A stretch of DNA of 64,000 nt from a virus, in the IMG/VR virus record IMGVR_UViG_3300045988_176682; one strand, given 5' to 3'. The first letter of the stretch is position 1. The number at the start of each line of letters is the position of its first letter. Shown piece by piece: positions 36,708-45,509 of this stretch. The notes under the pieces were generated by a model. The model made no database searches and was not told where the DNA came from. It worked only from the letters and a program-made list of their open reading frames with translations. Position numbers and translations under genes: made by a program.

Positions 36708-37118
36708 ATGACTTTAAAGAAAGAATGGAAGAATAAAACTCTTGATACAGATAAAATGTATTGGGTTTTATTTAAGGATTGTAAATCTCCGGAGGTTAGA
36801 AAACTAAACCAAAACTGTCAATTTATCGATAAATATGGTTTTCCCATTAGTCCAGTAAGGATTATAGACGTTTTGGATGTTTGCGATTATGACCAGTTTG
36901 TTGAGCTTAAAGAAAAGTTAAAACAACTAGAAGAAACCGCCGCAAAAGCAACAGAAATCGCTCAGGCTGCCAGTAAGGACAACGAACATTTGCGAGAATT
37001 GCTTAGGGAAAGTAGAGGTAGTGTATGGCTTGAACGTGAAAACGACGGCTCCTTGGGAAATACCGTATGGGATAGATTAACTAAACTTTTAGACGAGATA
37101 GATGAGGCATTGAAATGA
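36708..37118 (+). CDS. hypothetical protein, paralog family ...LDEIDEALK (member 1)
   Basis: 136 aa. N-terminal W..L..YW domain, coiled coil, and C-terminal LLDEIDEALK. Confidence 0.45.
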   Translation: MTLKKEWKNKTLDTDKMYWVLFKDCKSPEVRKLNQNCQFIDKYGFPISPVRIIDVLDVCDYDQFVELKEKLKQLEETAAKATEIAQAASKDNEHLRELLRESRGSVWLERENDGSLGNTVWDRLTKLLDEIDEALK

Positions 37119-37330
37119 AAAACCTGTTACACGCTTTTGCTCCTTTAATGGCTATTACTGCCGTTTATGACGGCTTGTATGAGGGTAATTTATCACCCAA
37201 GGTAGTTGATACTCCACAAAGTGAAGAAAGTATTGCAGCGTACAAAAAAGCTGCTGAGGAAAAGAGAAAACGTAGAGCAGAAAAAAGGAAGGAAAAAAGC
37301 AATGAAAAGAGTAATGAATTTAACAGATAA
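37115..37330 (+). CDS. hypothetical basic protein
   Basis: 71 aa, Lys/Arg/Glu-rich C-terminus. Confidence 0.3.
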   Translation: MKNLLHAFAPLMAITAVYDGLYEGNLSPKVVDTPQSEESIAAYKKAAEEKRKRRAEKRKEKSNEKSNEFNR

Positions 37331-37712
37331 TTGGAAACATGGAACACTCCCTCCAGGTTACTATTGGGTTAGAGATAAAGACGGAAAGGTTAGAATTAGT
37401 AGATTAACCAGATGGGTTAGTTCTCGTAACGAATTTCTCGAATTGCATTTTGAGGGAGAGGAATATATTGAAGAAGTTTTATTATCTTGTAATTATGACA
37501 AGATTGATAATATGAAAAATACCATAAGTTTTCTTGAGAGAAGAATCACAGAAGTAAAGGAGGAGAATAAACAACTCCAGCAGCTGCTAGAAAAATGTAG
37601 ACCATATGTTGACAAATATTTTGAGGAACAAACCATAGCAGAAAATTATGACAAATTAAGATGGCAAGAACCTTTGCAAATTTTAGAAGAACTTGATGAG
37701 GCGCTGAAATGA
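37302..37712 (+). CDS. hypothetical protein, paralog family ...LEELDEALK (member 2)
   Basis: 136 aa from the ATG at 37302. Same length and architecture as 36708..37118, ending ILEELDEALK. Confidence 0.45.
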   Translation: MKRVMNLTDNWKHGTLPPGYYWVRDKDGKVRISRLTRWVSSRNEFLELHFEGEEYIEEVLLSCNYDKIDNMKNTISFLERRITEVKEENKQLQQLLEKCRPYVDKYFEEQTIAENYDKLRWQEPLQILEELDEALK

Positions 37713-37852
37713 CTTTTACTATTCCAGTTTGGGCGATGTGGACAATCGGTTTTATTGTCGGCATCCCGGCTCTAGTTTTTATCCTGTTTTGTGCTTGGGT
37801 TGGATATGCCTTTCTAAAAGGTGTTATTGAAAATGGAGGATTTTATAAATGA
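37709..37852 (+). CDS. small hydrophobic membrane peptide (47 aa)
   Basis: MTFTIPVWAMWTIGFIVGIPALVFILFCAWVGYAF... Below the ORF-track cutoff. Confidence 0.3.
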   Translation: MTFTIPVWAMWTIGFIVGIPALVFILFCAWVGYAFLKGVIENGGFYK

Positions 37853-38070
37853 ATGCAGAGAAAATAGAAGTCGGCGATGTGTGGAAAAATAAATATGATG
37901 GTTCTTTATGTCATATTATTTCTGTTAAAAAGGATGAGGTTACCTATTTTTGTAAAAAAGATATGGAAATATGGATAAGTAGTATTCCTCACTTTTGGTT
38001 TTTAGGGTGGTGTAAATTAGTGGGTAAAAGCAAAGTTGGAATTGAAGATTTGTTTAAAATGGAGGAATGA
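37849..38070 (+). CDS. hypothetical protein, EVGDVW...GKSK..I.DLF family (paralog 1)
   Basis: 73 aa. Shares its N- and C-terminal blocks and the 3' junction ...GGAATGATGAAA with 38909..39121. Confidence 0.45.
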   Translation: MNAEKIEVGDVWKNKYDGSLCHIISVKKDEVTYFCKKDMEIWISSIPHFWFLGWCKLVGKSKVGIEDLFKMEE

Positions 38071-38501
38071 TGAAATTAAAATATCTCTATAAAGGAACGA
38101 CCTTAAGAAAATACTGTAAAGAACATAACCTTAATTATGACACAGTTGTAAAAAGAATAAAAAACAAAAAGATGTCTATTGAACAAGCTATGACCACACC
38201 TAAAATGAATAAGAGTTATTTATTGTGTTCAGATGGTGTCCCTTTAATTAAGAAATGTAATACTATTTCTGAATATAGAGCTTGTCTCTGGAGAATTAAA
38301 AACTATAACAAAACAGTAGATGAAAGTTTAACCCCTATCAATAAAGGTAGAGCAAGAGCCATTCATTTTCATAATGGCAAATCCTTTCGTGAGCTGTGTG
38401 AAACATATCAACAATACAGAAGAGCTATCCAAAGATATAGAAATGGACACTCTAAAAAAGTTTCGTTGTTTGGTAATAAATGGGATTTAATCTATGGCTA
38501 A
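38067..38501 (+). CDS. tandem NUMOD-like HTH DNA-binding protein (homing-endonuclease-type DNA-binding modules, no nuclease domain)
   Basis: Two repeats of Y(K/R)G.T(L/F)R..C..(H/Y)...Y.....R.....S.E.A: LRKYCKEHNLNYDTVVKRIKNKKMSIEQAM and FRELCETYQQYRRAIQRYRNGHS. Confidence 0.4.
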   Translation: MMKLKYLYKGTTLRKYCKEHNLNYDTVVKRIKNKKMSIEQAMTTPKMNKSYLLCSDGVPLIKKCNTISEYRACLWRIKNYNKTVDESLTPINKGRARAIHFHNGKSFRELCETYQQYRRAIQRYRNGHSKKVSLFGNKWDLIYG

Positions 38502-38916
38502 ATTAATAAAATCAAAACAAAGGGTTAAGGATTTCGGTGAAGTGTTTACGCCTATCTGGGTTGTAAATGAAATGCTTGACGAATTAGAAAAAGAATCAGA
38601 TGCTTTTTCTGATATTGGTAAAACTTTTCTCGAGCCAACTTGTGGCACAGGCAATTTTGTTGTTGAAATATATAGACGTAAGCTAAACCGATGCAAAAAT
38701 GACCGAGCAAAAGCCGAAATAGCTTTAAGAAGCCTTTGGTGTATAGAGCTCTTAGAGGACAATATGATGGAGTGTAGACAACGAGTTAAAGATATTTTCG
38801 CTTACTATGGTTGGACAGATTTGCCTTTTGATGAGGTGTTTGAAAAACAGTTCTTAATAGGGGATTCATTGAAAATTATGAAGCAATGGGAAGAAGAGGA
38901 GAAGGAGAATGACTGA
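38494..38916 (+). CDS. truncated gamma-class N6-adenine DNA methyltransferase (motifs X/I only; no NPPY catalytic motif)
   Basis: FGEVFTPIWVVNEML ... FLEPTCGTGNFVVEI matches the TaqI/Eco57I-type FxGxxxTP ... LEPxCGxGxF. The ORF ends about 80 aa later without (N/D)PP(Y/F). Confidence 0.5.
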   Translation: MAKLIKSKQRVKDFGEVFTPIWVVNEMLDELEKESDAFSDIGKTFLEPTCGTGNFVVEIYRRKLNRCKNDRAKAEIALRSLWCIELLEDNMMECRQRVKDIFAYYGWTDLPFDEVFEKQFLIGDSLKIMKQWEEEEKEND

Positions 38917-39121
38917 AAAACGTACGCCAGAAGTTGGCGATGTGTGGCAGAGAAAATTGCTTTTTGACCGCGTACATATTGTTCAAGTAAGTAAAAACGC
39001 TGTGAGATATCAAATAGGAAAAATCAAATTCAAAACAATTCCCAAGGATTTTTTTCTAGATGCCTATAAATATCTCGGCAAGAGCAAAGCCAGTATTAAA
39101 GATTTGTTTGAGGTGGAATGA
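38909..39121 (+). CDS. hypothetical protein, EVGDVW...GKSK..I.DLF family (paralog 2)
   Basis: 70 aa paralog of 37849..38070. Confidence 0.45.
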   Translation: MTEKRTPEVGDVWQRKLLFDRVHIVQVSKNAVRYQIGKIKFKTIPKDFFLDAYKYLGKSKASIKDLFEVE

Positions 39122-39453
39122 TGAAAGATTCTGATATTAAAAATGACAATGGCGGAGTGTGGATAAATATTTATAAACTTCCTGATAAAGAAATATATTG
39201 GAGTGGTTCCGTTGGCCATTCAACCAAAGAAATGGCACAATACAATAATGCTGGCGAGTATTATAGGATAGCAACTTTGAATATTAAAGAAGTTCTTAAT
39301 CAGCAATCCGAGATTAAAAGGCTTAGAAAGGCTCTAGACAAGATTCTAAATTACAACTCCGTAAAAGAACAGACGGATAAATATTATCATATAGTGATGG
39401 ACGTAAGAGAAATAGCCCAAATGGCCTTAAACGGTGAAAGTGAGGAAAGATGA
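39118..39453 (+). CDS. hypothetical protein
   Basis: 111 aa ORF. Confidence 0.4.
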   Translation: MMKDSDIKNDNGGVWINIYKLPDKEIYWSGSVGHSTKEMAQYNNAGEYYRIATLNIKEVLNQQSEIKRLRKALDKILNYNSVKEQTDKYYHIVMDVREIAQMALNGESEER

Positions 39454-39665
39454 CATGGAAAGAACTTTGTGAGAAAGCACAAGAGCTTGGGTATTCTGAA
39501 TGGGGTTTTTGTTTAGAGGGTAAGGCAGACCTTATAAGATTTTATAAAAATGGTCAAATAAAAGTAAGAAATTTTGATACAGTTTTTATACAAATAGCGG
39601 AAAACCGTACGCCCGACCAGATGTATCAAATTATGTTGGCCTTAAAGAGTGAAAATGAGGAATAA
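39450..39665 (+). CDS. hypothetical protein
   Basis: 71 aa ORF. Confidence 0.4.
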   Translation: MTWKELCEKAQELGYSEWGFCLEGKADLIRFYKNGQIKVRNFDTVFIQIAENRTPDQMYQIMLALKSENEE

Positions 39666-39683
39666 TGACAGAGGAAATAGAAA

Positions 39684-39857
39684 ATGAAATTTGAAGAAGC
39701 TTTGAAAGCTATGCGTGAAGGTAAAACGGTTAAACGTAAAGAATGGAGTAAGACCGAGTTTAATAGAAGAAAATATCTTTGTCTGGAAAAATACCATTGC
39801 GAAACATTGTGGACAGAGGATTTTCTAGCAGATGATTGGGAGGTTGTAGATGAGTAA
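39684..39857 (+). CDS. small phage protein of the MKFEEalkamreGKtv.R..W family, paralog 2
   Basis: MKFEEALKAMREGKTVKRKEWSK...DDWEVVDE, 57 aa. Below the ORF-track cutoff. Confidence 0.45.
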   Translation: MKFEEALKAMREGKTVKRKEWSKTEFNRRKYLCLEKYHCETLWTEDFLADDWEVVDE

Positions 39858-40044
39858 ATTAGTTCAGATAAATATGGTTGATAACGGAAAAACATTTATT
39901 TTTAATGGCACCAAATATAAATTGGTTTCACAAAGTAAATATTGGCGTTCTTTTGTTCGAGATGATGGTACACCCGTAGAACCTAAAGATATACCCACTG
40001 AATTTCTTATAGGAAAAATTAAAGTTGAGGTTTTAGATGATTAG
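39850..40044 (+). CDS. hypothetical protein
   Basis: 64 aa ORF. Confidence 0.35.
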   Translation: MSKLVQINMVDNGKTFIFNGTKYKLVSQSKYWRSFVRDDGTPVEPKDIPTEFLIGKIKVEVLDD

Positions 40045-40104
40045 GCGCTTGCTTTGTTGGTTACTCGGTCGTTGATGTTAAACGTATTTTTGAGGTAAAG
40101 AAAA

Positions 40105-40506
40105 ATGACAAATTATGAGACAAAATTAGTCGTCATTATTGCCACAAACGATTTAAGTATTTTACATGAAACTGCTTTCTATGATGATTATATCGACGAT
40201 GATAATCTGGAAAGTCTTTTGGACGCGTTGGATAATGATAGTGTTATTAATTACAAGGCCGATTTTGAAGCAGAAGACCAATTAGAGGCCGTTGAATATT
40301 TGGATTGCCGGACACCTAGAGATCATTATTTTATTGCCATTGAAACACCAGTTACATATCGACCGGAGAAATGTTCAGCCGCGTGGAACTCTTGGGGCTA
40401 CACTCGAACAATTTGGGTATTTGTTGCCTCTCTGGCTGAGATTGATAAATACCGCCAAATGGTTGGTAGAATGGCAGATGAAACATTAACAGAGGAGGAC
40501 TTTTAA
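40105..40506 (+). CDS. hypothetical protein
   Basis: 133 aa ORF. Confidence 0.45.
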   Translation: MTNYETKLVVIIATNDLSILHETAFYDDYIDDDNLESLLDALDNDSVINYKADFEAEDQLEAVEYLDCRTPRDHYFIAIETPVTYRPEKCSAAWNSWGYTRTIWVFVASLAEIDKYRQMVGRMADETLTEEDF

Positions 40507-40715
40507 TGGATTTTTTTGAAGCGAGAATAGCTTCTTTGGAAGAAGAAGTATTAAAATATAAGGATGTCTTGGAAGATATAAGGGATGGAGTTTACCCATA
40601 TAAAGACATGCTAGGGTGCTTAAATTGTAAAAGAGCCACGATAAAAGAACTTAGGGAGATGGCAAGAAAAGCTTTATTAAATAAGGAGGAACCAGATGAT
40701 GATATATCATTCTAG
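40506..40715 (+). CDS. hypothetical protein
   Basis: 69 aa ORF. Confidence 0.35.
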   Translation: MDFFEARIASLEEEVLKYKDVLEDIRDGVYPYKDMLGCLNCKRATIKELREMARKALLNKEEPDDDISF

Positions 40716-40998
40716 GGAAGAATATGAGGTGGCCATGAGAGGCGGAGTTCAAGAAAAACGTTTTAATATGGAAGTATCAAAATATTATGAAGAAAAAATA
40801 AAAATCCTCGAAAAACAAGTAAGAACTTTAAAAAGAAATCTTAGGGAAATATCTGAGGTTGTAAAAGAACAATATGATAATATGCCTTTCCATAACAGTT
40901 TTACTTTTGAGAAAGATAGTGATTTGAACAGAATTTATTATATTGCCACTAATGGGAAAAGTTTATTTAGAAGGAGGAGTAATCAAAATGAAATTTAG
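40696..40998 (+). CDS. hypothetical protein
   Basis: 100 aa ORF. Confidence 0.4.
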   Translation: MMIYHSREEYEVAMRGGVQEKRFNMEVSKYYEEKIKILEKQVRTLKRNLREISEVVKEQYDNMPFHNSFTFEKDSDLNRIYYIATNGKSLFRRRSNQNEI

Positions 40999-41140
40999 TA
41001 ATGTGCTCTATTTTGTCTTGGGGGCCTATTTTGGTGCATTAGTTTCCATGGCTATACTTAGTGGATATTTAATAAACGACCAAATCTTTTCAGCTCCGTT
41101 TACTGATAGGGTCTATATTTGTGCCGAGGTAATAAAATGA
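40988..41140 (+). CDS. small membrane protein
   Basis: 50 aa from the ATG at 40988, with GGAGGAG upstream. TM helix VLYFVLGAYFGALVSMAIL. Confidence 0.35.
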   Translation: MKFSNVLYFVLGAYFGALVSMAILSGYLINDQIFSAPFTDRVYICAEVIK

Positions 41141-41294
41141 AGAAAAATGAAGAACTCCTCCGGTATCTTAAAAATATAATGGAAGTTCTTGACGAGATGG
41201 AACCAAGGCCTTTTACCTTTCCGGAAGATTATTGTTACAAAATAAGGGAAAACCTTATAAAGGCAATTAACTTAATTTCTAAAGGGAAAGATAA

Positions 41295-41507
41295 ATGATT
41301 ACTTATATTTTAATCGGAGGAATAATCTTTTTGTTAGATATGTTTTTTAATGAAGAGGATTATAAGAAATTATCTCCCGAAAGCAGGTATTTTCTAACAC
41401 ATAATATAACGTACTTTTTGGTTACTTTCTTGATTATCTCTCTTATATGGCCTCTGATTATACTTCATTGGTTAGTACAGTTAAAAGGAAAGATTAATCA
41501 TGAATAA
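41295..41507 (+). CDS. small membrane protein (2 TM)
   Basis: 70 aa ORF. Confidence 0.4.
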   Translation: MITYILIGGIIFLLDMFFNEEDYKKLSPESRYFLTHNITYFLVTFLIISLIWPLIILHWLVQLKGKINHE

Positions 41508-41715
41508 CGTTTTTATACCTTTTAAAGAGGTAGGAAGTTCTTTAATTATTCTTATTGATGTAAATAAGATTTCTTATATCAAAGAAGTTTCTTCGGATTC
41601 TAAGAAAAAAATAATTCTTGAAATACTTCTTGATAATGGAACCTTAGTACTTGTTGATGAGACTCTTAATTCGATAGTTAATAAAATGAAGAGAATGAGG
41701 TTATTTAATGTTTAA
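41500..41715 (+). CDS. hypothetical protein
   Basis: 71 aa ORF. Confidence 0.35.
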   Translation: MNNVFIPFKEVGSSLIILIDVNKISYIKEVSSDSKKKIILEILLDNGTLVLVDETLNSIVNKMKRMRLFNV

Positions 41716-42039
41716 TATAAATAATGATTTTTTACTTTATGATTTCGAGCCGAAAAAGCTTGGATTTAGATTAAGGGATTTTTTACGGAAAAAATTTTGG
41801 GCCCTCTGTCGCACTGAACTTCTATGTTGTTATAAGAGAAGATAATTTTAATTATTGGGAAATTATCTTTTTATATCAGAAAAATAAAAAGGCTCCGGAA
41901 CATTTTAAACGTTCAAGTATTCAGAAAAATCTAACGTTAAAATCGGTTATTAAGCTCTCTGTATTTATAGATACCAAAACCAAAATTAAAGACCTTTTCC
42001 CTATTTTAGATTCTTTGTGCATTACTCTTAAAAATATGA

Positions 42040-42101
42040 TTGACAATAATCAAGATGAGATATAATGTCTTCTTATGACAATAAGAGTCTTATATTGTCA
42101 T
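42040..42101 (+). promoter_or_regulatory. promoter (TTGACA ... TATAAT) followed by an operator-like imperfect inverted repeat
   Basis: TTGACA at 42040..42045, TATAAT at 42061..42066 (15-nt spacer). ATGACAATAAGA-g-TCTTATATTGTCAT at 42075..42101. Confidence 0.4.
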
Positions 42102-42134
42102 TTACCGAAACTTAATAAAAGAAAGGAATTTTTT

Positions 42135-42986
42135 ATGTCAGAAGTCAATATTAACGATGTCATCTCTCAAGCTCTTGCCAACGGTGAAATAAACTGTCCG
42201 GAAGGAGTTAATCCTGCTCAATGGGAAATGGCTAAGGCTGTTTACTTTAACCAGATTGGTATGTCTGCCCAGGCCGCCTCTGTAGCCGCCCCGCAAGCCG
42301 TCCCGGCAGCCTCTGTTCCAGTAGCATCTGTTCCCGCTACCTTAGGAAACGCTGCTGCTCCTGCTGCATATACCCCGCAAAGTTCTGCTTTCGACCTCGA
42401 TGCTCCGACCTCTTCTGGTCTGTCTGGTGTAGAAGGTTATTTGAAATGTAAGCACAGTCAAACAATCGTAGACGATAAGATTGTAACCAATAACTCTTTC
42501 ATTGCTGAAATTGTTATGGCTAACGTAACCAAAAAGTTATCTATTCGCGGAGGTTCTGCCGGTAACATTAAATATTTCTCAACAACCGACGGCGTTACGG
42601 CTAACGATGGTACTCCTTGGATGACAGCTATCCAGAACATTCAAAGAATCCAAGCCGATGCCCGTCCTTATACAAGTTACGACATTCCGCTGAAACTGTG
42701 TGAAGACTTGGTTAATGTCAGCGTAGTTAATGGTCAGGCTGCAACCTCAGTAGTAGCTCCGGCAGGGACTGTATTGGGACATACTACGGCTATCACCGGA
42801 AGAGCCGGTTTTGAGTCTTTAATCAATGACCTGAAACGTGATGGAAAAGTACCGAGTAACGAAATTGTTTATGTCCGCGTTGTCCGTCAAGACAGAAACA
42901 AAGGAAGCTTTGCTTGGGCTACTTTTAATTTTGAATTGTTGGATGAGAACGAAGCTGCTACTTATGCGGCTAAGATGTCTGCTTAA
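42135..42986 (+). CDS. hypothetical protein (two domains joined by an Ala/Pro-rich linker; possibly ssDNA-binding or annealing, from context)
   Basis: 283 aa from the ATG at 42135, with AAAGGA 7 nt upstream. Own promoter and operator. Immediately upstream of the FEN and polymerase genes. Confidence 0.3.
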   Translation: MSEVNINDVISQALANGEINCPEGVNPAQWEMAKAVYFNQIGMSAQAASVAAPQAVPAASVPVASVPATLGNAAAPAAYTPQSSAFDLDAPTSSGLSGVEGYLKCKHSQTIVDDKIVTNNSFIAEIVMANVTKKLSIRGGSAGNIKYFSTTDGVTANDGTPWMTAIQNIQRIQADARPYTSYDIPLKLCEDLVNVSVVNGQAATSVVAPAGTVLGHTTAITGRAGFESLINDLKRDGKVPSNEIVYVRVVRQDRNKGSFAWATFNFELLDENEAATYAAKMSA

Positions 42987-43086
42987 CAGTCAATTTAATT
43001 CCCACCCAGTTAGGGCTCTGGTAAAAAGCCCATCTCCCCAACCCGAGAACAATTATCTCGGGTTCCCCCTTTCAGGAGAAACGCAT

Positions 43087-43884
43087 ATGGTTTTAATTTA
43101 TGATGTTAATAACTGGATAAGAGTTAAACTGTCAACCGACGGAGACCAGTTAACCATTAACAATTTCTGGTCTGAGGTTTTATACAACTCTTCTAAAGGA
43201 GAGGTTCAAATTTTTGTCTCTGATGGTTTTAATTCGAGAAAAAAGAGAAAAGAAATCTATCCAGAGTATAAAGCAAAAAGAAAGCCTGCCGATGCCTCTA
43301 TTTATGATGGTATCAATTTCTTTAAGAACCTTTTGCGTCATGCTCCAAAAAATGTTTTTTATGTAGAAGTCCCGGAAATGGAAGCAGATGATATTATAGC
43401 TCATCTGGTAAGATACCGAAATAATTACTACATTGGAAAAGATATTCATATTATTTCAACCGATAAAGATTTAACCCAGCTTTTAGTTTATCCCGGAGTA
43501 ACTACTCTGGCTACTCCTCCGGTAGAACCTAGATTTGTTAGGCTTTATAAAACTTTAGTTGGGGATAATTCAGACAATATTCCGGGAGTGCCGGGAATAG
43601 GGAAGTCTTCTTGGGAGAATATCCCGGAAGAAGTAAAAAAAGAACTTAATATGATGTTGGCCTCCGGCGGGATGTTGACCGAACATTTGGCAGATGAATT
43701 AGAAAAATGTTTCAAGCCAAAGCAACTGGAAAATTTTTATGAAGCTTATTATAATGGTAGTCTGCACATGTTCTTTAAGATTGTAGATTTTATAGATTAT
43801 CCATTTAATCCGTCAATATTGAAGACAGGAGACGGAGACTTAAACTTTGTTAACAAGCAACTGAATGAGTTATTTATATTATGA
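43087..43884 (+). CDS. 5'-3' exonuclease / flap endonuclease (FEN, PIN + H3TH)
   Basis: MVLIYDVNNWIR, EVPEMEADDII, IISTDKDLTQL, LVGDNSDNIPGVPGIGKSSWE. ATG at 43087, with AGGAGA 7 nt upstream. Confidence 0.75.
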   Translation: MVLIYDVNNWIRVKLSTDGDQLTINNFWSEVLYNSSKGEVQIFVSDGFNSRKKRKEIYPEYKAKRKPADASIYDGINFFKNLLRHAPKNVFYVEVPEMEADDIIAHLVRYRNNYYIGKDIHIISTDKDLTQLLVYPGVTTLATPPVEPRFVRLYKTLVGDNSDNIPGVPGIGKSSWENIPEEVKKELNMMLASGGMLTEHLADELEKCFKPKQLENFYEAYYNGSLHMFFKIVDFIDYPFNPSILKTGDGDLNFVNKQLNELFIL

Positions 43885-45509
43885 GAAACAATGCTTGGCT
43901 TAGTTCTGGAGGAGATGAAGCGAGTGATGAAGTAATCACTCCCAGATACGTTGTGGAACCTATTGTCAAATATCTTAAGGCTAAAAATTTTAAGGTTGTT
44001 TGGTGTCCGTTTGATACGGTAGTGTCCCAATATGTTCGCGTTCTTTATAAGGAAGGGTTTGATGTCAGGTTTGGACACCGAGACATAGGGCTTGACTTTT
44101 TCAAATATGAATGTCCGGAAGCAGATGTCATTGTTTCAAATCCGCCGTTCAGTTGTTATAGCGATGATACAGAGGTATTTACTAAAAGAGGATGGATTAG
44201 ATTTCCGAATATATTACCAACTGATGAGATTTTATCCGTAAACAATAAAAAAGAAATTAGTTGGGATAAAATTTCGAGAGTTATAAAAAAAGAGGTTAAT
44301 GAGGATTTATATCATTTTAAAAATAAAAACATGGATTTATTAGTTACCTCTGACCACAGGATGTTTGCCTACAATAAATATTCTAATGAGTTATGTATTG
44401 GTAAAGATGGGGATTTATTAAGAGCTTCCGAAATTGGAAGTAAACACTATTTTCCTAAAAATGGATATACTTGGAAAGGAGAGATTAACAACGATTATTT
44501 AGTTCTCCCACATACAAAAAATCCCCCTAGGAGTAAAGTTAGCTTTTATCCTGAACTAAAGATACCTCTAATTGATTGGCTTCCTTTTTTCGGATTATGG
44601 TTGGCTGATGGATTCGTTTCTACATATAAAGGAACCGGACATGAATATACTGTGGGGATAAAACAAGGAGAATCTAGATGGAGAGAGGTAGAGAATATCT
44701 TAAATAAGTTACCTTTTAAATATTCTAAATATATAAATAAAATATACCCCAGCGATAGGGAAAGAAAAGCTGACTATGCTATATATCAAAAACAATTATG
44801 GGATTATATGAACCAATTTGGTAAATCTCAAAATAAATTTATTCCTTCTTGGATAAAAAATCTTCCTGTGAGGTATTTAAAGCTTCTTATTTATGGCTAT
44901 ACTTTAGGAGATAGTTTTAGACATAAAGGAATAAATTCAATAACTACTTCTATTCATTATGGGTCAGTTTCTAAACAGTTGCTAGAAGATATTCAAGAGA
45001 TATTATTAAAATTAGGAAATATAACTAATATTTCTCACCAGATTTTAAATAATGGTAATGATTATTATCGCTTAATCTTGAATAAAGATAGTTGCAGTAA
45101 CAGAGCTATGTATATACGTAAAAATCCTCAAAATAAGGAACCCTATAATGGGTTAGTATATTGTTTAACTCTAAAAGAGAATAGTATTTTTTTAGTGAGA
45201 AGAAACAATAAAATAATATTTTGCGGTAATTGTAAAGACCAAGTATTGGAAAGACTTTATAAATTAGATAAACCCTTTATGGTTTTATTTCCTGTTCAAG
45301 TATTACAGGGAAAGAAAAGAACCAAGTTGTTTATGAAATATGGGTTGGAGTATCTTGGATTTGATTCCCGTCCTTGTTTTTATACCAAAAATGACTTATC
45401 GTCTATAAAAACGGGAAATCATTTTGCCAGCGGATATTATTGCCGGAATGTTCTTCCGGAGAAATTAATTTTTGAAGAATTAAAATTAATACAGGAGCCT
45501 TTTATATGA
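43881..45509 (+). CDS. phage Dam-like N6-adenine DNA methyltransferase interrupted by an intein (exteins ~91 + 92 aa)
   Basis: N-extein DEVITPRYVV ... VIVSNPPFS (motif IV NPPF), then C-extein KDQVLERLYKLDKPF.... Extein total of ~183 aa fits the small phage Dam family. Confidence 0.6.
   Translation: MRNNAWLSSGGDEASDEVITPRYVVEPIVKYLKAKNFKVVWCPFDTVVSQYVRVLYKEGFDVRFGHRDIGLDFFKYECPEADVIVSNPPFSCYSDDTEVFTKRGWIRFPNILPTDEILSVNNKKEISWDKISRVIKKEVNEDLYHFKNKNMDLLVTSDHRMFAYNKYSNELCIGKDGDLLRASEIGSKHYFPKNGYTWKGEINNDYLVLPHTKNPPRSKVSFYPELKIPLIDWLPFFGLWLADGFVSTYKGTGHEYTVGIKQGESRWREVENILNKLPFKYSKYINKIYPSDRERKADYAIYQKQLWDYMNQFGKSQNKFIPSWIKNLPVRYLKLLIYGYTLGDSFRHKGINSITTSIHYGSVSKQLLEDIQEILLKLGNITNISHQILNNGNDYYRLILNKDSCSNRAMYIRKNPQNKEPYNGLVYCLTLKENSIFLVRRNNKIIFCGNCKDQVLERLYKLDKPFMVLFPVQVLQGKKRTKLFMKYGLEYLGFDSRPCFYTKNDLSSIKTGNHFASGYYCRNVLPEKLIFEELKLIQEPFI
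44154..45230 (+). mobile_element. intein (359 aa) with LAGLIDADG homing endonuclease
   Basis: Begins CYSDDTEVF (block A). Block B is LLVTSDHRMF. Two LAGLIDADG motifs (LPFFGLWLADGFVS and LLIYGYTLGDSF). C-terminal VYCLTLKENSIFLVRRNNKIIFCGN followed by a +1 Cys. Inserted directly after NPPFS. Confidence 0.7.

Noticed and set aside
42075-42134. Upstream start (42075) for the 42135 gene
   Set aside because: It would begin inside the operator-like inverted repeat with no ribosome-binding site. The ATG at 42135 has AAAGGA at the right spacing.
42838-43086. Upstream start (42838) for the FEN gene
   Set aside because: Overlaps the previous gene by 150 nt. FEN homology begins at MVLIYDVNNW (43087), which has an AGGAGA ribosome-binding site.
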